From Bythopirellula sp. (lineage in GTDB: Bacteria; Planctomycetota; Planctomycetia; Pirellulales; Lacipirellulaceae): a stretch of 64,000 bases of DNA. Location: contig OZ244170.1 of assembly GCA_965216565.1 (NCBI GenBank), forward strand, positions 3,232,001-3,296,000, written 5' to 3'. Positions 48,582 through 56,608 of this stretch are shown here, one piece after another. The notes under the pieces are model-generated. The model saw only the letters and a list, made by a program, of their open reading frames with translations. It did not search any database and was not told where the DNA came from. The translations under genes were made by a program, and so were the position numbers. Position 1 is the first letter of the stretch, and the number at the start of each line of letters is the position of its first letter.

Positions 48582-49306
48582 GGCATGCTCCTTTTAGGTT
48601 GATGGATTGCGTTTCGTTGCAAGCCTATCCCGGCAAGACTCACGAAAAGCAACGCGATAGTTGCTGGCTCGGGAACTCTGGCGATAATGCTGCCCGAGGA
48701 AATTGGTTGGAATGGAGGCAGATCGATCGAAGCATTACCAACTCCCATCGAGGCTATTGCATTGGGAGCCAGGCCTAGCAAATTGCCATAGTCCTGCAAA
48801 ACAAATCGCCACTCCTCCCCACTCTGCCAGATCCCGTCTGGCAAGATACTTTCGAAGCGCAAAGGATGGTTGATTCCAGCAGGATCAGTGATGTCGTTGT
48901 CGATGCGAAATGCTTCTTGTCCTGCTGCCACAGAAAACGCAAAGTCGTTGGCAAAACCGTCGAGATTGCTTATGCGTGTCTCTTCGTCAGCGATATACCA
49001 AACAGACTGGAAGTCCTTGCCGCTGGTATTGGTGATCGAAACCAAGAAGTCTGGCAGCGCCGTGCTGTCCGTAGCTAGGCAAGAAGGGCTGGCAGAACCA
49101 AAAGTTCCCGGCAGGAGGCTTTGGTCAGCGGGAAACCCACCAACCGGGTCGCCTATCTCATGCACAGTGCCTGGGATGGATAACGGATCGCATTGGGGTA
49201 AGTCCACATGATTCACCTGCGTTAGCAAAGCATGGGACGGTTGGGCAACCACCATGCAGACAATCAGGCATGAGAGTGCTATTAAGAATTTCAGCTTGGG
49301 TAACAT
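48578..49306 (-). CDS. PEP-CTERM surface protein 1 (paralog of 46484..47185)
   Basis: ATG at 49306 after GAGGA (the ORF track starts at 49348); signal peptide; 'VPEP' + TM + basic tail. Confidence 0.88.
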   Translation of the reverse strand: MLPKLKFLIALSCLIVCMVVAQPSHALLTQVNHVDLPQCDPLSIPGTVHEIGDPVGGFPADQSLLPGTFGSASPSCLATDSTALPDFLVSITNTSGKDFQSVWYIADEETRISNLDGFANDFAFSVAAGQEAFRIDNDITDPAGINHPLRFESILPDGIWQSGEEWRFVLQDYGNLLGLAPNAIASMGVGNASIDLPPFQPISSGSIIARVPEPATIALLFVSLAGIGLQRNAIHQPKRSMP

Positions 49307-49360
49307 GATTCTTTCCTCGAGTGATTTCATGGGCGAAACACGTTTCATGGGTTGTAGTTT

Positions 49361-49585
49361 TTAGCGAAATCGCTTCAGTCGACGACGATGCTTGCCGCCG
49401 CTCGTACGCGAAATCTGTTTGCTATTGCTCTTCGACGCTGGGGTTCGATGCGACGCGGCAATCGCAGATCGGCATCGATGCGACGGCATTGCGACCTTCT
49501 CACTCCGGCTGAATTTTTCGAATTGCTGTAGTTCTTCGACTTCCATGCTGTCGTAATTGCTTAGCGTGACGGTACTCATTGTCAT
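49361..49585 (-). CDS. Small protein with acidic N-terminus and basic C-terminus
   Basis: GAAAGGGGA RBS; fills the gap between the receiver gene and the PEP-CTERM array; ends 'GGKHRRRLKRFR'. Confidence 0.6.
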   Translation of the reverse strand: MTMSTVTLSNYDSMEVEELQQFEKFSRSEKVAMPSHRCRSAIAASHRTPASKSNSKQISRTSGGKHRRRLKRFR

Positions 49586-49607
49586 TCCCCTTTCTTAAGA
49601 AATGGCT

Positions 49608-50057
49608 CTAACGGGTTTGTCCCGTCGGAACTTGTGACGAAGTTTGTGAGTCGAGCAAACTAGAACTGTGCACCTCGACGGCTGATCCTGGTTGGAGCCA
49701 TCCTTGTACCCACTCGAGCTGGATTGGCTTGCAGACGTATTGCACAACTCGCAGCTCAAGTGCCTGACGTTCGCGTTTACGGTCGTAGTTGCCATCAACC
49801 ACGATTGCTCGCAGCTTGTTGTTCAGCGATTGCAACATCTCGAGCAGTTCGAAGCCGTCCATGTCTGGCAAACTCAGATTAATTAGCCACACCGCATCGC
49901 CAAAACTAGGTGCCAACCGCAAGGCACTGCTTCCCGTGGAGGTCAAAGTGAGCCGGATCGACTGCTTCCAAGCCGGCTCCACTAAACAGCGATAGTCGTC
50001 CAGCTGAGGATCGACAATCACTAAGCGCGAACCATTTGTAGTTGGTGAATTGCCCAT
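49608..50057 (-). CDS. Stand-alone receiver-domain protein (pseudo-receiver)
   Basis: CheY-like pattern 'LVIVD...WLINLSLPDMDGFELL...YVCKP'; Asn at the phosphoacceptor position; AGGAG RBS. Confidence 0.8.
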   Translation of the reverse strand: MGNSPTTNGSRLVIVDPQLDDYRCLVEPAWKQSIRLTLTSTGSSALRLAPSFGDAVWLINLSLPDMDGFELLEMLQSLNNKLRAIVVDGNYDRKRERQALELRVVQYVCKPIQLEWVQGWLQPGSAVEVHSSSLLDSQTSSQVPTGQTR

Positions 50058-50153
50058 GCAATGCTCCTGTTGTCGTAATCGTTGCCCATCTTCTGTTTCG
50101 AATGCTTGTGCTCACCACTTTTCAGTGGCCACACTTGCTTGGCACAGGACAAT

Positions 50154-50170
50154 CGCACTGCGCGTGCCAA
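50154..50170 (-). promoter_or_regulatory. sigma54 (-24/-12) promoter
   Basis: Minus strand reads TTGGCACGCGCAGTGCG, i.e. TGGCACG-N4-GTGC with exact GG-N10-GC spacing, about 100 bp upstream of the receiver ATG. Confidence 0.7.
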
Positions 50171-50271
50171 ATCGAACGACGACAGCTCGCGATGAGCTGT
50201 AAGTTGTTTCTTCTCCAGGAGAAAGAATCTCTATGGCGTTAACGCAAAGAGAAATGCGTCTTGAAGCGGGC

Positions 50272-50330
50272 TGGTCGCTAGCGACCATTTAGGAGCGGAT
50301 CGCTTCTACCGCTGGGAGCAAATAGCACCT
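50272..50330. promoter_or_regulatory. Candidate upstream activator sequences
   Basis: Perfect 16-bp palindrome tggtcgctagcgacca (50272-50287), followed by imperfect dyads aggagcggatcgcttct and ggagcaaatagcacc, about 100-160 bp upstream of the -24 element. Confidence 0.5.
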
Positions 50331-50472
50331 GCGGTCAGTTTAGAAGTGCACACATTTAAAGACTTTGAGAAAATTGCCTTCGAGGGGAAGCGCGCAGAGC
50401 GTGGGCGGGAGGAGAGAGAGTCACCCAACTTAGAAAGCCTCTAGGGAACCGAGACGACCATGTGCCGGTTCA

Positions 50473-51516
50473 TCAGCTCGATTCCGCCGCCGTATCGAGC
50501 CCCAATTTCTTAATTCGGCGCCGGAGAACACTGCGGTCCATATCCAGCAGCCGCGCCGCAGCCGCCTGATTCGAATTGGTCTCCCGCAATGTAGCTGCAA
50601 TGAATTCGCGTTCGAAGTCTTGATGGGTGGGCCAGCTACCATCTGCCTGCGGCGCAAATCGCCATTGTCCTGCGGCGGGCTCTTCCCTTGGCAACGACTC
50701 CGCCGACGGTCTTGGCTGTCCCAGCTCGTCAAAGACGATGTCTCCTGGTTCGATCAGCTCGCTCCGCGATAGCATTGCTGCCCGCTCTAGTACGTTTTGC
50801 AGTTCGCGTACGTTGCCTGGCCAATGATGCGCCAAGAGCTTTTCTAGTGCTTCTGCCGCCAGGGGTTTGAAGGGCAATCCATGCTTCACGCATTGGCGAG
50901 CTAAGAGATAATCGGCAAGAAGTTCGACGTCTTCGGGTCGCTCGCAGAGAGACTTGGTTTTCAATGAGACTACTGCCAGTCGATAGTAGAGGTCTTCACG
51001 AAAACGGCCGGCAGCCACTTCTGCCAATAGGTCGCGATTGGTAGCAGCCAGCACGCGGACGTCGACTTCTTGCTCTTCATGACTGCCAACCGGTACGACA
51101 GTTCCCTCTTGTAATACGCGCAGAAGCTTCGCCTGCATGGCTGGCTCTAGCTCGCCCACCTCGTCCAGAAAAACCGTTCCGCCGTCTGCGGCCCGAAAGC
51201 AACCTAGCGCTTCGTAATTAGAATCGGTGAAAGCGCCTTTCAGATGGCCAAACATGTGGCTTTCGAAAAGTGTCCCCGAAATAGCCGCGCAGTTAACCGG
51301 CACGAAGGGTTCGTCGGAACGGGGACTTTGGGTGTGAATGGCGCGTGCAATAAGTTCTTTGCCCGTGCCGCTGGGGCCGGTGATCAACACGCTGGTACAG
51401 AATGGGGCGATACTAGACAGATCCTGCTGAATCTGTTTTACCCAGTTGGACTTACCCACAAGCGGGCGCGCCGCAGAATCACTGCGCACCGCAGTCCTGC
51501 TATCTAAGCTACACAC
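50473..51516 (-). CDS. sigma54-dependent transcriptional activator (AAA+ and Fis-type HTH, no N-terminal regulatory domain)
   Basis: 'ITGPSGTGKELIARAIH', 'FESHMFGHLKGAFTDS', 'FLDEVGE', 'FREDLYYRL', 'WPGNVRELQN', 'NQAAAARLLDMDRSVL'. Confidence 0.93.
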   Translation of the reverse strand: MCSLDSRTAVRSDSAARPLVGKSNWVKQIQQDLSSIAPFCTSVLITGPSGTGKELIARAIHTQSPRSDEPFVPVNCAAISGTLFESHMFGHLKGAFTDSNYEALGCFRAADGGTVFLDEVGELEPAMQAKLLRVLQEGTVVPVGSHEEQEVDVRVLAATNRDLLAEVAAGRFREDLYYRLAVVSLKTKSLCERPEDVELLADYLLARQCVKHGLPFKPLAAEALEKLLAHHWPGNVRELQNVLERAAMLSRSELIEPGDIVFDELGQPRPSAESLPREEPAAGQWRFAPQADGSWPTHQDFEREFIAATLRETNSNQAAAARLLDMDRSVLRRRIKKLGLDTAAESS

Positions 51517-51997
51517 GAGTTCACTAGCCCTCCCCCAAGGAATCGTGAAACACCCCGGTATTAAGGAACCGGTCCAACTCGTCTGCGCTAAATGGAGGAA
51601 GCGAACGCAATATCCCCGAGACAGGTCGCTCTCCCCACTAGAGTCGGCAAACTTTGGGCCGCATCCCTAGTTGACCTTAGTTGCGCCGATCCTAAAGGAT
51701 CGAGCAGGAAATTGCAACTTTTTACTGGTATTTCACTATAACTTGGCCCCTCACTCGGGTAGGAGCGACTTCCCAGTCTGCCTGAACTTCCTCGGGTGGC
51801 CCACCGCGATTCCGACATTCCGCCGGGGCTGCCTTATTCCAGAGTGAAATAGCTGAGAAAATTTTGAGGGATTCTCTACCATAAGTTGAGTTCCAAGGGC
51901 CCGATCGCCACAATCGGTGTTTATGATGGAATATTCTCATTGATTGATTAACCAGTGGCTTTTCGACCTGATAGATCCCATCCCTTTCTTTTCGACT

Positions 51998-53575
51998 ATG
52001 AGCACTCCCACCATCGCAGCAGACCATCGTAGTTTTAAATTCAACGATTTCCTGCAGAGCTTTTTCCGGCATAAACGGAAAGCCGCTATTCTAGCGCTGA
52101 CAATTCTCATTGGAGCGGCATTGGTACTAGTATTCGCGCCCAGGACCTATCGGTCCGAAGCGATGCTCTACCTGCAAATTGGTCGGGAGTCGGTCCGGCT
52201 TGACCCCACCGCTACCACCGGCGAACGTATTTCTGTACAGCAGATCGATCGCTCCCAAGAAGTCACCTCTGTGATCGATGTACTTTATAGCCGCGGGATT
52301 CTTGAAAAGCTCGTCGACGAACTTGGCCCCGAGGTGATCCTTGCCAAAGAGTTACCCGAGGGTGAGGAAGAATCGAGCATTGCTCAATCGACTATCGATA
52401 CGATCGCGAATTACACGATTATTCCATTGATTCAAACAATCAAGGGCATCGATCCGATCTCACAGCGAGAAGAGGCAATCGTCAGACTCGGAAGAAATCT
52501 TAGTGTGTACGCCGAACGCGATTCGAGTCTAATTACGGTGCGGTACGACACTAAGTACCCCAAGCTCGCGCAGCGCGTGATGCACAATCTTATTGAGATC
52601 TATCGATCGGAGCATTTGAGGCTGCATCGCACCAGCGGCTCGAAGGAGTTTTTTGCTAATCAACATGCCAATTTGGAAAGTCAACTGAACGATGCTGTCG
52701 ACAAGCTGGCTGCTGCGAAGAATCGATTGAATCTTGTATCGATCGATTTACGACGAACTACGCTGGAAGAACGCCTGGGAAAAATCGAGTTGGCAAGCTA
52801 CGCCAACCTACAAGAACTGGCCTCGCTGCAGGCAGAATCTGCAGACTTGAGCGAACAGGTGGCGGCCATTCCCGAGCGGATTGTTTCTGAAGATATTACC
52901 GTTCCCAACACGGGTACCGATGCCCTGCGGGAGAAACTCTACGATTTGCAAGTGCTCCAGATGGACCAAGAAGCCAAATATAGCAGTGACCACCCTGCCC
53001 TTCAGAATACAAGAAAGCAAGTGAAGCAGGCCCAAGATATTCTGTCAGCCGAAACTCGCGCTCGCCAAGAAACTACGAACGACATGAATCCCAACCATCA
53101 AGCGCTTGCCCTCTCCCTGGCGACTGTCGAAAGCAAATTGGCTGCTGCCGAAGCTGGCAAGAGTGCGTTGGAATCGCAGAGAAACACCATTTTGGAAGAC
53201 TTAAAGACTCTCAATAACCATGAGCTAGAGATCGATGAACTAAGCCGCCAAGTGCAAATCTCGCGAGAGAAATATTTTCGCTATGCCGAAAACCTAGAGC
53301 AGGCGCGCATAGATGAAGAACTGAACAAGCAACGAATTTCAAATGTCATCGTAGCCCAACCAGCCACATTGATTGAGAAACCGGTGAGCCCCAACAAATT
53401 GGTGGTCATCGCCCTGGCTGGAGTCCTTACGATCGCATCGGTGATTGCCCTTGTTTGTTTCTGCGAACTTACTGGCAACCGGATTCGTACGCAAGAACAG
53501 CTCAACAGAGCCGTGGGTCTTCCCGTGCTGGGAGTCGTGCCCGAAGATCAAGAACTGGCCAGCGCTCTCGCCTAG
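51998..53575 (+). CDS. Polysaccharide co-polymerase (GumC/Wzc N-terminal part)
   Basis: Two TM helices flanking a coiled-coil periplasmic region; 'YSSDHP', 'PVSPNK', 'GLPVLGVVP'. The ORF track starts at 51944. Confidence 0.88.
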   Translation: MSTPTIAADHRSFKFNDFLQSFFRHKRKAAILALTILIGAALVLVFAPRTYRSEAMLYLQIGRESVRLDPTATTGERISVQQIDRSQEVTSVIDVLYSRGILEKLVDELGPEVILAKELPEGEEESSIAQSTIDTIANYTIIPLIQTIKGIDPISQREEAIVRLGRNLSVYAERDSSLITVRYDTKYPKLAQRVMHNLIEIYRSEHLRLHRTSGSKEFFANQHANLESQLNDAVDKLAAAKNRLNLVSIDLRRTTLEERLGKIELASYANLQELASLQAESADLSEQVAAIPERIVSEDITVPNTGTDALREKLYDLQVLQMDQEAKYSSDHPALQNTRKQVKQAQDILSAETRARQETTNDMNPNHQALALSLATVESKLAAAEAGKSALESQRNTILEDLKTLNNHELEIDELSRQVQISREKYFRYAENLEQARIDEELNKQRISNVIVAQPATLIEKPVSPNKLVVIALAGVLTIASVIALVCFCELTGNRIRTQEQLNRAVGLPVLGVVPEDQELASALA

Positions 53576-53624
53576 TATTACTTTCCACGAAATCGCAAAA
53601 TCAACTTCACAACGAAGCCCCAAC

Positions 53625-54347
53625 ATGAGCACCGAGATATCCCCCAACGCTGCCTCGCACTCAGGCGTTTCAACGGAAACAAGCGAGTACACGGATCGCG
53701 ATCGAGCGTCCCAGGTCTTTCGAAATCTTACCGGTGCAGCTGGAGAAGCGATCGATTCAATCCTCTGGCGACTAAAAGCCAAACTAGGGTCAGATACTGC
53801 AATCATCTTCGGTGTCACGGGCGGTGAGAAACACTCCGGCACATCCACGATCGCCCACGCGTTGGCCGCCCGTGCAGGTCAGCAAACGGGTACTCGAGTG
53901 CTACTGATCGATGCCACCGGGAATCAAGCTCAACAGAGCGGTGGCGAACAAGTCGCGGGGTTAGGCGAGATCATGGCGGGCGAGATTGCACCATTGGAAT
54001 GCCAAGTCACTACTCCCTACGAAAACGTCGACCTGATTGGCATGGATGCTTGCAATGCACTTGCAACGGGCGTGGAAGAACGGTTTATTGCAGAAATGCT
54101 TCATGAGTATGCCTCGCATTACGACATGATTGTCGTTGATCTGCCCGTGGCTGGTGAGCTCAAGAAAGTCCTTCCCTTAGCCAAACATCTTCCGGGGGTC
54201 CTCCTAGTTGTGCGAAGCGAAAATGCAAAGCACTCGCAGACGCAACAAGCGGTCGATCAGCTGACACAAGATGGCGTGAGTATCTTTGGCACCGTCTTGA
54301 ATGGATATCGCAATTCGGTACCTCAATGGCTGAGAAAGTGGTTTTAG
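53625..54347 (+). CDS. CpsD/CapB-like BY-kinase domain protein, degenerate
   Basis: 'FGVTGGEKHSGTSTIA', 'VLLIDA', 'YDMIVVDLP', 'VLLVVR', 'GTVLN'; no C-terminal Tyr cluster. The ORF track starts at 53445. Confidence 0.8.
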   Translation: MSTEISPNAASHSGVSTETSEYTDRDRASQVFRNLTGAAGEAIDSILWRLKAKLGSDTAIIFGVTGGEKHSGTSTIAHALAARAGQQTGTRVLLIDATGNQAQQSGGEQVAGLGEIMAGEIAPLECQVTTPYENVDLIGMDACNALATGVEERFIAEMLHEYASHYDMIVVDLPVAGELKKVLPLAKHLPGVLLVVRSENAKHSQTQQAVDQLTQDGVSIFGTVLNGYRNSVPQWLRKWF

Positions 54348-54401
54348 CCTGTCCCTACCGATTGGCTGACGGGTGACCATTTCTTGAATTTCTGAAATTG
54401 G

Positions 54402-54428
54402 TTAGACAAACGGGCCCAGATCGCGCAT
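54402..54428 (+). promoter_or_regulatory. Candidate ECF promoter, copy 1
   Basis: TTAGACAAA-cgggcccagatc-GCGCAT, ending 11 nt before the ECF sigma ATG. Confidence 0.65.
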
Positions 54429-54439
54429 CGTAAGGGGTA

Positions 54440-55006
54440 ATGACTAATTCTACCCCTTTTTCCGAGCAAGTCCAAGCCTGTGCAAACCGCTTGGCCGAGA
54501 GTGGAGTCCCTGCGCTCGCTGGCCTATTCGACCTCACCAGCCAACGTCTCGTTCGGTACGCCACGACTCTCACCCGCAATCAGCATGACGCGGAAGATGC
54601 TGTGCAAGCGGCCCTCGTTCAAATCGCCAAACATAGCAGTTCGTTTTCGAAAGCCAGACAGCCTTGGCCTTACTTATTGCGTGTCGTGCGAAACGAAGCC
54701 TTGCAAATCATGCGTCGCAAGCGACGATGGGCGCTGGCTGGCGGCCTTGCCGACTTGTTAACTCGATGCTTGGTAGACGAAGTCGAGCAAGAAGAGTCGT
54801 ACCGAGCTGTTTGGTCCGCGTTAAGGTCACTTCCCTCGGCGCAAGCGGAAGTGGTTGTGCTGAAAATCTGGGAAGAGATGACCTTCGCAGAGATCGGTCA
54901 AATCCTTGGAATCAGCGCCTTCACTGCGGGCAGCCGTTACCGCTACGGTATGGAGAAACTTGCTCACAAGCTAAAGCCGACCGGTGTGGAGGTCACTCAT
55001 GGGTGA
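54440..55006 (+). CDS. ECF-type RNA polymerase sigma factor
   Basis: 'HDAEDAVQAAL', 'YLLRVVRNEA', 'LPSAQAEVVVLKIWEEMTFAEIG...SRYRYG'. Confidence 0.93.
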   Translation: MTNSTPFSEQVQACANRLAESGVPALAGLFDLTSQRLVRYATTLTRNQHDAEDAVQAALVQIAKHSSSFSKARQPWPYLLRVVRNEALQIMRRKRRWALAGGLADLLTRCLVDEVEQEESYRAVWSALRSLPSAQAEVVVLKIWEEMTFAEIGQILGISAFTAGSRYRYGMEKLAHKLKPTGVEVTHG

Positions 55007-55400
55007 ATTTCATGTCGATAATGAAAGCTGCAATTTTGGCTTCGACGGTTTGGAGTCGATTGTGCAGTCGGCAGGTTCATACGTCCATCCCACGGATGAT
55101 CTTCGACCCAAAACCCTGGAAGCGGCACGAAATGCCAAAAAGCAGCGGGTAAGGAACTTTCGGGTTGGCTCCATTCTCTTGGGGCTCTCGTTTATGGCAC
55201 TGACCGGATTACCTGGCAGCCTTCTCAATTGGGGCTCGTCAGAAGCTGCCTCCACGCTGCAGGCGGTACGTCAGTATGACCTTCACAAGCAGGCATCGAT
55301 GCGTATTCTCCATGCGGGCTTGGATCCTAGTTGGGCGTTTTACGAGGCTTTCATCCAACTGCGGACCGATCAAGCCAAACTCTTTGAAGAATCGATGTAG
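54999..55400 (+). CDS. Putative single-TM anti-sigma factor
   Basis: Overlaps the sigma stop codon; GGAGG RBS; short cytoplasmic domain, basic stretch and one TM helix. Confidence 0.65.
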   Translation: MGEFHVDNESCNFGFDGLESIVQSAGSYVHPTDDLRPKTLEAARNAKKQRVRNFRVGSILLGLSFMALTGLPGSLLNWGSSEAASTLQAVRQYDLHKQASMRILHAGLDPSWAFYEAFIQLRTDQAKLFEESM

Positions 55401-55414
55401 CCAAGTCAACTTTC

Positions 55415-55441
55415 TTAGACAAATGGCTCACTCTGGCGCAT
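55415..55441 (+). promoter_or_regulatory. Candidate ECF promoter, copy 2
   Basis: TTAGACAAA-tggctcactctg-GCGCAT; same boxes and same 12-nt spacer as copy 1; upstream of the PilC/pilin operon. Confidence 0.65.
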
Positions 55442-55591
55442 TATCTTCCTAACGGAGGTGTATCTACGCATCGATGAACCAGAGAACCGGCAGCCTAACG
55501 ACTACTATGTTGCCTAGCCGCGGCTTAGTTTTGCAAGATCACAATGAACGTCACTGCCGTTTCAAACCGAGTCCAGGGTCAATGATAAGGC

Positions 55592-56596
55592 ATGAGTGAA
55601 GTCTCTTTAGACAAAACGCTAGCTTTTAACAAACACCTCCGAGCGCTCTCGGCCGCAGGGGTACGCTTCGACCTAGGCGATCAGTCTCGGACAATTCTAG
55701 AAATACTTGAGCATGCCGACAAGAATTTGGCTCTACGGGCCAGCCTCAACCAGTCGATGACCGAGGCATTAAGTGAAGATCAAGAACTGCCGACAATCTA
55801 CCGCAATGCTGTCCAGTCGGGACTTTCTTCAGGCAATCCCACTTCCGTTCTCGATTCGCTCAGCCGCATTCCTTGGACTGGTCAACAGATTCGACGTGTT
55901 TTGGGATACAGCTTTGTTCAGCCGTTAATTTTGTTTGCCATTGCGTTTGGTGGATTCATCGTTCTGTGCGCGACCTTCGTCCCGACAGCGAGCGAAATCT
56001 ACAACCAACTCCAACGCGAGCCGCACTGGAGCATTCGATTTCTACAACTCGCTCGCAATTCGATGCCAATCTGGGGCCTGCTGGTACCTCTGCTAGTTCT
56101 GCTGTTAATCTGGCGGTGGTGCCGGGTGGCTGCGATTCCTGCCATCGGGCTGCCGAGTAGAGTTCGGTTCTCCCGTGCCATAGGTTACGCGAACTTTTCC
56201 GATCAGTTGCGAGCAATGGTACAGAGTAAAGTGTCATTGCCCGAATCCCTTCGACTGGCTGGCAGCATGGGAGGTAGGCAGGAGCTAGCAATTGCCGCTG
56301 AAGCTTTGGCGGATGCGGCCGAGCGCGACATCACATTGGCTTCTGACGATCAACGGTTGAATGGGCTTCCCCCGTTATTGCGGTGGACGCTCACCACGGA
56401 ACTAGGGAGTCAATCGTTACCCGACATCCTCCACTTTGCTGCGAAGACTTATCGAAAAAAAGCCCAGAGCCAAGTCACATTCTGGCAAACTGCCTGGCCG
56501 GTGTTTTTTGGGGCATTGATCGGAGGGGCGATCGTCCTATTCTTCGGCTTGTGCCTGTTCGGACCTTACGTGAATTTGCTGAAAGATCTTTCCTAA
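55592..56596 (+). CDS. Type II secretion F / PilC family protein, copy 1 (divergent)
   Basis: Two T2SSF-like domains and three TM helices ('FSDQLRAMVQSKVSLPESLRLA', 'LFGPYVNLL'). Confidence 0.75.
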   Translation: MSEVSLDKTLAFNKHLRALSAAGVRFDLGDQSRTILEILEHADKNLALRASLNQSMTEALSEDQELPTIYRNAVQSGLSSGNPTSVLDSLSRIPWTGQQIRRVLGYSFVQPLILFAIAFGGFIVLCATFVPTASEIYNQLQREPHWSIRFLQLARNSMPIWGLLVPLLVLLLIWRWCRVAAIPAIGLPSRVRFSRAIGYANFSDQLRAMVQSKVSLPESLRLAGSMGGRQELAIAAEALADAAERDITLASDDQRLNGLPPLLRWTLTTELGSQSLPDILHFAAKTYRKKAQSQVTFWQTAWPVFFGALIGGAIVLFFGLCLFGPYVNLLKDLS

Positions 56597-56608
56597 CAGA
56601 GTCCCAGA

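Noticed and set aside
50139..50156. Plus-strand sigma54 promoter ttggcacaggacaatcgc
   Set aside because: GG-to-GC spacing is 12 rather than 10, and no plus-strand gene follows.
55474..55599. 41-aa ORF ahead of the first PilC gene
   Set aside because: GGAGG is about 15 nt from the ATG and the peptide has no recognisable features; not enough support.
55607..55633. Third copy of TTAGACAAA
   Set aside because: It lies inside the first PilC coding sequence and is not followed by GCGCAT at 12 nt.
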